Part shown: in pieces, positions 58,920 to 64,000 of the stretch
Layout: each line of letters opens with the position of its first letter
How positions within the stretch are numbered: the first letter of the stretch is position 1
Origin: Calditrichales bacterium
Lineage (GTDB): Bacteria > Calditrichota > Calditrichia > Calditrichales > J004
DNA length: 64,000 bases
Direction: 5' to 3'
Assembly: GCA_965267575.1 (NCBI GenBank)
Contig: OZ254086.1
Span: 1,600,001 to 1,664,000 of the forward strand
The notes under the pieces: generated by a model
The model's input: the letters and a program-made list of their open reading frames with translations, nothing else
The model's database searches: none
Told to the model about the DNA's origin: nothing
Program-made: the position numbers and the translations under genes

Positions 58920-60710
58920 ATGCAATCGGATGAACTAAGCGGGAAGCTATATGACTCTGCGCTGCTCAAGCGCATGTTCTCTTACACAAGGCCTTTCAAA
59001 AAACTCGTTGCCGGCGCCGTAGGACTGATCATCGTTGCGTCCATGCTGCAACTCGCCGCACCCTATCTGACCAAGCAAGCCATTGATGTCTATATTCGCG
59101 GGGATAATCTGGACGGGCTTTACGGGATTGTGGCCCTCTATTTTGTTGTGTTGATCGCTATTTTCATTGTCCAGTACGGCCAGACCTACACAACGCAGCT
59201 ATTGGGTCAGAAACTGATGTACAACCTGCGTTCGAAGATTTTTCATCACCTGCAAAGCCTGTCGCTTAGTTTTTTTGATAAAAACCCCGTTGGACGCCTG
59301 ATGACGCGGGTAACATCCGATGTGGAGTCGCTAAACCAGATGTTTACACAGGGCGTTGTGGCGATCTTTGGTAATATTTTTCTGTTGGCCGGTATTATCA
59401 GCATCATGCTCTCCATCAACGTAGAGCTGGCTTTGTGGACCTTTACTGTCATCCCGATGCTGTTTATTATTACGGCCATTTTCAAGCGTAAGGTGCGCGT
59501 TGCTTTCCGCGAAATCCGCAAATGGCTGGCGCAAATAAATAGCTACCTGCAGGAAAATATTACCGGCATGAGCATTGTGCAGATTTTCAATCGTCAGCAA
59601 AAAAACTACGACAAGTTTGCTGACATCAACATGGAGCACACAAAGGCCCACGTGCGTACCGTGTTTTATTATGCCGTTTTCTATCCGGCCATCGAGCTGG
59701 TAAGCGCTATCGCCCTGGCCATTGTGCTGGTGCGCGGCGGTCTGCTTAAGGTCGATCAGGCTACCACCTACGGCGCACTCGTAGCCTTCATTCAGTACGC
59801 ACAAATGTTCTTTCGGCCGATCAGCGAACTTTCGGACAAAATCAATATTTTACAGGGAGCGATTGCATCCGCTGAACGCATTTTCAAGTTGCTGGACACA
59901 CCGCCGCGGATTACCTCAATCACTAATCACGTGAAAAGCGTTCCTCTGAAAGGCGACATTCAATTCCGCGATGTCTTTTTTGCTTATGAACAAGAAAACT
60001 ATGTGCTGAAAGATGTTTCCTTTAAAATCCCACCTGGTACGTCCGTGGCGATTGTGGGCCATACGGGCGCGGGAAAGACCACGCTGATAAATCTGCTTGG
60101 GCGGCAGTATGAAATAAACAAAGGCGAGATCCTGATCGACGGTAAAAATATCAAGGATTATGAGCTGCGACATTTGCGGCGCACAATGGCCGTTGTATTA
60201 CAGGATGTTTTTCTTTTCTCCGGGACAATTTTTGAAAATGTCGGACTGGGCAATCCGGACATAACAAGGGAAATGGTGATCGAAGCCTGCAAAAAGGTGA
60301 ATGCCCACCGCTTTATCGAGAGCCTTCCGGACAAATATGATACCGTGTTAAACGAACGCGGCTCGATTCTTTCCATGGGCCAGCGGCAGCTGCTTTCTTT
60401 TGCCCGGGCGCTGGTCGTAAGTCCGCAAATCCTGATTCTGGACGAAGCCACATCAAATATTGATACCGAAACGGAAATACTGATTCAGGATGCGCTCGAC
60501 TACATGATGCGCGACAGAACATCAATTATAATCGCGCATCGCTTATCCACCATCAAACACGTGGATAATATTCTTGTGTTTCATAAGGGATATTTAAAAG
60601 AGATCGGGTCACACGAAGAACTGCTTCAAAAAAAGGGATTGTATCATCAGCTCTACAGGCTGCAATATGAGGACCAGGAAGAAATACCTCAAGAACTCAT
60701 CGCAAAGTAG
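58920..60710 (+). CDS. ABC exporter, fused TMD-NBD (MdlB/MsbA-like)
   Basis: GHTGAGKT Walker A, LSMGQRQL signature, LILDEATS and IAHRLST motifs. Confidence 0.93.
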   Translation: MQSDELSGKLYDSALLKRMFSYTRPFKKLVAGAVGLIIVASMLQLAAPYLTKQAIDVYIRGDNLDGLYGIVALYFVVLIAIFIVQYGQTYTTQLLGQKLMYNLRSKIFHHLQSLSLSFFDKNPVGRLMTRVTSDVESLNQMFTQGVVAIFGNIFLLAGIISIMLSINVELALWTFTVIPMLFIITAIFKRKVRVAFREIRKWLAQINSYLQENITGMSIVQIFNRQQKNYDKFADINMEHTKAHVRTVFYYAVFYPAIELVSAIALAIVLVRGGLLKVDQATTYGALVAFIQYAQMFFRPISELSDKINILQGAIASAERIFKLLDTPPRITSITNHVKSVPLKGDIQFRDVFFAYEQENYVLKDVSFKIPPGTSVAIVGHTGAGKTTLINLLGRQYEINKGEILIDGKNIKDYELRHLRRTMAVVLQDVFLFSGTIFENVGLGNPDITREMVIEACKKVNAHRFIESLPDKYDTVLNERGSILSMGQRQLLSFARALVVSPQILILDEATSNIDTETEILIQDALDYMMRDRTSIIIAHRLSTIKHVDNILVFHKGYLKEIGSHEELLQKKGLYHQLYRLQYEDQEEIPQELIAK

Positions 60711-60853
60711 AAGGTGTGTTACTATGTTTAACGTATTAGCGTGTTAAGGTTTTTGTCTATCCTCATTCAGGTCGTCATCACAATCGAAATCGTCTCGCCC
60801 GGCTATTCCATTACTGCCTACTCAACCAATCAGAAAATTCTATACCCACACAT

Positions 60854-60885
60854 AAAAAAAGGCAGGCTGTTTCCAACCTGCCTTT
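60854..60885 (-). terminator. Intrinsic terminator of hsp20
   Basis: Minus strand AAAGGCAGG-loop-CCTGCCTTTTTTT about 20 nt after the stop. Confidence 0.8.
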
Positions 60886-60903
60886 AAGCGTTTGCTACAA
60901 GCC

Positions 60904-61344
60904 TTACTTCACTTTGATGTCGATTTGCTTGGGCTTGGCTTCTTCAGCTTTCGGCAATACAACCGTCAGGATACCATCTTTGTAGGTAGCATCAATTTTG
61001 TCCTGAACAACTGAAGTATGGAAGCTCAGTGAACGGCTGAAACTGCCATAGCTGCGTTCAATGCGATGGAAGTTCTTGTCTTTGCGCTCACTCTCATTGC
61101 CTTTCTGGCCGCTGATCGTAAGCATGCCGTCATGGTAGTTGATATTGATATCTTTTTTATCAACTCCGGGCACTTCCGCGGTGATAATGAACTCATTGTC
61201 ATTTTCTTCGATATCCACGCGCGGGCTTATCTGAACATCGGCATCGCTTAGCAATTGATTGCTGAAAAAGTCGTCTATAAAACGACCCATATCGCGATTG
61301 ATATCAAGTAAAGTGCGGTTCGGGTTCCAACGTGTTAACATCAT
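60904..61344 (-). CDS. Hsp20/alpha-crystallin small heat-shock protein
   Basis: PRVDIEE, AEVPGV, ERSYGSFSRS and ATYKDGILTVVLPK motifs; SD caggagg. Confidence 0.95.
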   Translation of the reverse strand: MMLTRWNPNRTLLDINRDMGRFIDDFFSNQLLSDADVQISPRVDIEENDNEFIITAEVPGVDKKDININYHDGMLTISGQKGNESERKDKNFHRIERSYGSFSRSLSFHTSVVQDKIDATYKDGILTVVLPKAEEAKPKQIDIKVK

Positions 61345-61394
61345 TACACCTCCTGTTAGATTGGTTTGTTTTGTTGATTCTGCCCATAATTAAT

Positions 61395-61410
61395 ACAAGG
61401 TGCGTGCCAA
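61395..61410 (-). promoter_or_regulatory. Sigma54-like -24/-12 promoter of hsp20
   Basis: Minus strand TTGGCACGCACCTTGT about 50 nt upstream of the start. Confidence 0.62.
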
Positions 61411-61499
61411 AAATTAAAGTAAGTGAGCTAAGATGTTGTAAAAGTTAAACTTAAGGGGATTTAAATAAAAACAGATAATTGAAGTCTTAAACAGGAGTA

Positions 61500-61533
61500 T
61501 GACCATATGGCGCATAAGTGCGTCATATGGTCA
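61500..61533. promoter_or_regulatory. 15-bp inverted repeat, candidate enhancer (bEBP) site
   Basis: TGACCATATGGCGCA-TAAG-TGCGTCATATGGTCA with one mismatch, about 90 bp upstream of the sigma54-like site; no U-tract follows on the minus strand. Confidence 0.5.
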
Positions 61534-61566
61534 GCAAAAAATATGTCAAAATTTAAAGAGGGTCGT

Positions 61567-61971
61567 TTATTTTTGCAGTTCTTCCTTGATTTTCAGGATA
61601 GCGCTGGCGAAACCGTTCATGCGCCGGTTGGTGATGGAGCTGCCCAGTCCAAGCTTATTCAAAACATTCTGTTCGTCCACGGCAAGAATTTCATCAGCGG
61701 AATGCCCGTTAAAGGATTGCTCTAAAAGATACAGCATCCCGCGTACGATTTGCGCTTCGGAGTCCGTCTTCACGCTGACCGATCCGTTTTCACGGCTTAC
61801 AACGACCCACGTTTCGGAGGCGCAGCCATATACTTTGGTTTGATCATTGCGCAGCTCCGGCGGCAGGCCCTCGGCTTTTCTGGCCATATCGACCAGGTAT
61901 TCCATTTTTTCCATGCCCTCAAGGAAGTCAAAAACTTCGCTGAGTTCTTTCATCTTATCTTCAATTGTCAT
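61567..61971 (-). CDS. sufE: SufE family sulfur-acceptor protein
   Basis: KVYGCASETWV, TDSEAQIVRG and LGLGSSITNRRMNG motifs. Confidence 0.9.
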   Translation of the reverse strand: MTIEDKMKELSEVFDFLEGMEKMEYLVDMARKAEGLPPELRNDQTKVYGCASETWVVVSRENGSVSVKTDSEAQIVRGMLYLLEQSFNGHSADEILAVDEQNVLNKLGLGSSITNRRMNGFASAILKIKEELQK

Positions 61972-62071
61972 AATACTTAAAAGGGTTTTTAGTAATAAAT
62001 TTTCACTTTGCAGCCGCGATATTGTTCACTTAAGCGCAACGAAAATCAAACGGCAATAAATCCACAAAATT

Positions 62072-63397
62072 TCAGCGTGTCGGTTTAAATTGTTCAATTT
62101 CCTTTTTCCACTGCAGTACCCCTTCGTGGTTGTAAATTTCAATCTCTATGCGCCGTTCTTTACGCGGGCCCTTGAAATGCATCAAGGCAAAATTTTGTTC
62201 GGTTACCAACGTGCCGTCCACGCGATGTTTATTGTCCTCCTGATTTTCCCATGAACCCGAAGTAAGCGGCGAAACGGTCAGGTCCCAAAAACTGTCGCCG
62301 TCTTTTCTGGCAAGGCGGGACAATTCCGTAATATGCCTGTCTCCGGTCAGAAAAATAACGTCGGTAATGGCTTCCCGCTCAATGGTGTCCAAAATGTATT
62401 CACGCTCTTCTGGGGCGAGGTTTATATAGGTCTCGTGTTTGGGCACGCTGTTCAGCATCTGTCCGCCCATTACAATAATTTTAAAAGCGGCATTACTGCT
62501 TTTAAGACCGTCGATAAGCCATTGGATTTGCTTTTTTCCCAGCACGGTGGGCTCGCCGGTCACGCGGTGATTGGCGCTGCGGTGGTAACGGTTATCCAGC
62601 AAAAAGAAATCCACATCGCCCCATTGGAATTTGGACGTCAGGCCGGGCAGATCTTCAAAACCGTAGGTCAGGTTACCCCAAAACAGCTTGAAAACTGTCA
62701 GCGCATTCTCCTTTTGAAACCAGGAGCGGTCGCTGTTGTTAGGGCCATAATCATGGTCATCCCAGATAGCGTAGTTATGCGTTGAGGCGAACAGCGGTTG
62801 CAGGTATTCCTGGCTGCGCGTATGGGTGTAGCGATACAACATTCCCGTCCGCGTATTCCAGTCTGGTTCACGGTAATAAACGTTATCGCCGATCCAGATC
62901 ATGGCATCGGGCTTTTTAGCGATGATGTGGTCAAATATTTCAAAGTTGCGACCGTATGGCTGGCCCGGCCGGTCTAAAGGCTGGTCGTTCACATAGAAGC
63001 AGCTGCCTGCCGCGATCGTAAAATCGGGCGGATCCGTGCGCCATTTCCATAACGCTTGTGTCTGGAATTCCGTCGGATAAGGAAAATCCACTTTTTTCCC
63101 GTTGATGTGCAGATCGTAATGGTAGCGTTTACCGGGCATAACCTCATCGGCGATCAGCTTTGCGGTGAAAGCGTCCTTTTTGCCCGTGCGGATTGTGTCG
63201 GTTGAAAACGTCGCTTCAGGCGACTCAATATTATGGTAGGTAAAATTCACATCGGCCGGTTGATTGGTTTGGACCCACAGCAAAACTTCGCGCATTTCGC
63301 TGTAGCCCAGCATCGGGCCGGATTGCAGCAGATTGTGCTGGGCGGAAAGCAACAGCGGCATCAGGAGCATTAGAGACAAAAGCAGTTTCTTAATCAT
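62072..63397 (-). CDS. phoD: Alkaline phosphatase D family metallophosphatase
   Basis: Sec-type signal peptide; GSC, WIGDNVY, IWDDHD, LLDNRY and LTGDRH motifs. Confidence 0.85.
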   Translation of the reverse strand: MIKKLLLSLMLLMPLLLSAQHNLLQSGPMLGYSEMREVLLWVQTNQPADVNFTYHNIESPEATFSTDTIRTGKKDAFTAKLIADEVMPGKRYHYDLHINGKKVDFPYPTEFQTQALWKWRTDPPDFTIAAGSCFYVNDQPLDRPGQPYGRNFEIFDHIIAKKPDAMIWIGDNVYYREPDWNTRTGMLYRYTHTRSQEYLQPLFASTHNYAIWDDHDYGPNNSDRSWFQKENALTVFKLFWGNLTYGFEDLPGLTSKFQWGDVDFFLLDNRYHRSANHRVTGEPTVLGKKQIQWLIDGLKSSNAAFKIIVMGGQMLNSVPKHETYINLAPEEREYILDTIEREAITDVIFLTGDRHITELSRLARKDGDSFWDLTVSPLTSGSWENQEDNKHRVDGTLVTEQNFALMHFKGPRKERRIEIEIYNHEGVLQWKKEIEQFKPTR

Positions 63398-63497
63398 AAT
63401 TTTTCCCCAGGGTTGAGACAATCAAAAATATAAAACTATTTAGTATGAGAAAACCCGGACCTGCTTTGCGACCGGAACCGGTGGGACAAAACAACTC

Positions 63498-63998
63498 TCA
63501 CAGCTTGTCTTTGAAAAAGGATTTGGCATTTCTAAATGCCATTTTCTGTGCAATACGGTCGCCGAATTCTTCCGAAATCCGTTGAACAATATCGGGATAG
63601 CGTGAAGCATTAGCCTGCTCAGGATGATATATCTCGCCGCGGCTGGGGTCTGTGCTGAAAAAAAAGTCTGCCCCAAATGCCAGACTGTCTTCCGCACCCT
63701 TTTTGAGAGCATATTCAATGTGCTTGTAAATGTAATCCGGCTTTTCCGGATTCAGGTAAGCTTTCATAAAGTTGATGCCCGTCAGACTTTTCCGTTCGAT
63801 CAGTCTTTCCAGAAGATCATCCGGCAAGTTTCGGGGATGATTATACACCGAACGCATATTGGAATGGCTGGCCAGTACTTTTGTGCGTATTGAATGTTCT
63901 TCAATATAATCGAGTGTGTCCCGTGCGCTTTGGTCAGAGGCATGGGAAATGTCGACGGCGCAGGGCCTGCCATCGAGCCAGTCCAGCAAAACGCGGCC
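63498..63998 (-). CDS. Membrane dipeptidase (peptidase M19) family, 5' end beyond the window
   Basis: VDISHAS, LASHSN, HPRNLPD, GINF and AFGADF motifs; frame is open to the window edge. Confidence 0.85.
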   Translation of the reverse strand, partial: GRVLLDWLDGRPCAVDISHASDQSARDTLDYIEEHSIRTKVLASHSNMRSVYNHPRNLPDDLLERLIERKSLTGINFMKAYLNPEKPDYIYKHIEYALKKGAEDSLAFGADFFFSTDPSRGEIYHPEQANASRYPDIVQRISEEFGDRIAQKMAFRNAKSFFKDKL

Positions 63999-64000
63999 AT

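Noticed and set aside
1-64000. tRNA, rRNA or riboswitch genes
   Set aside because: None recognisable by eye in the intergenic regions; a tRNAscan/Infernal run would be needed to exclude them.

Overview
Bacterial chromosomal window. The T9SS-type C-terminal domain, eukaryote-type GlyRS, DUF5916 and DUF4292 suggest an FCB-group or Calditrichota-like diderm; this is inferred, not proven. The backbone is housekeeping: pdp, rsgA, coaC-like, gpmI, dacB, ndh, recO, glyQS, PBP1A, envC, nadCAB-iscS, an ABC transporter, hsp20, sufE and phoD. Two accessory regions stand out. (1) A ~16 kb minus-strand surface-glycan locus (19.6-35.8 kb) combines a D-glucuronyl C5-epimerase homologue, a sulfotransferase, a deacetylase, an AsnB-like ligase lacking the N-terminal Cys, GNAT, DegT, Wzx, YfhO and four glycosyltransferases. 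(2) An ~8.5 kb minus-strand array (41.3-49.85 kb) holds headless Rhs C-terminal toxin cassettes with downstream immunity-like genes and no intact Rhs gene in the window. The array is built from nested direct repeats. It contains an M23 peptidase tip with a lipoprotein partner and two hydrophobic toxin-tip families I do not recognise, one present as several diversified alleles each followed by its own small membrane protein. Also present: three type II TA modules (one with a truncated toxin), REP-like palindromes and two matching sigma54-like promoters. All product calls come from motif recognition by eye; no database searches were run.
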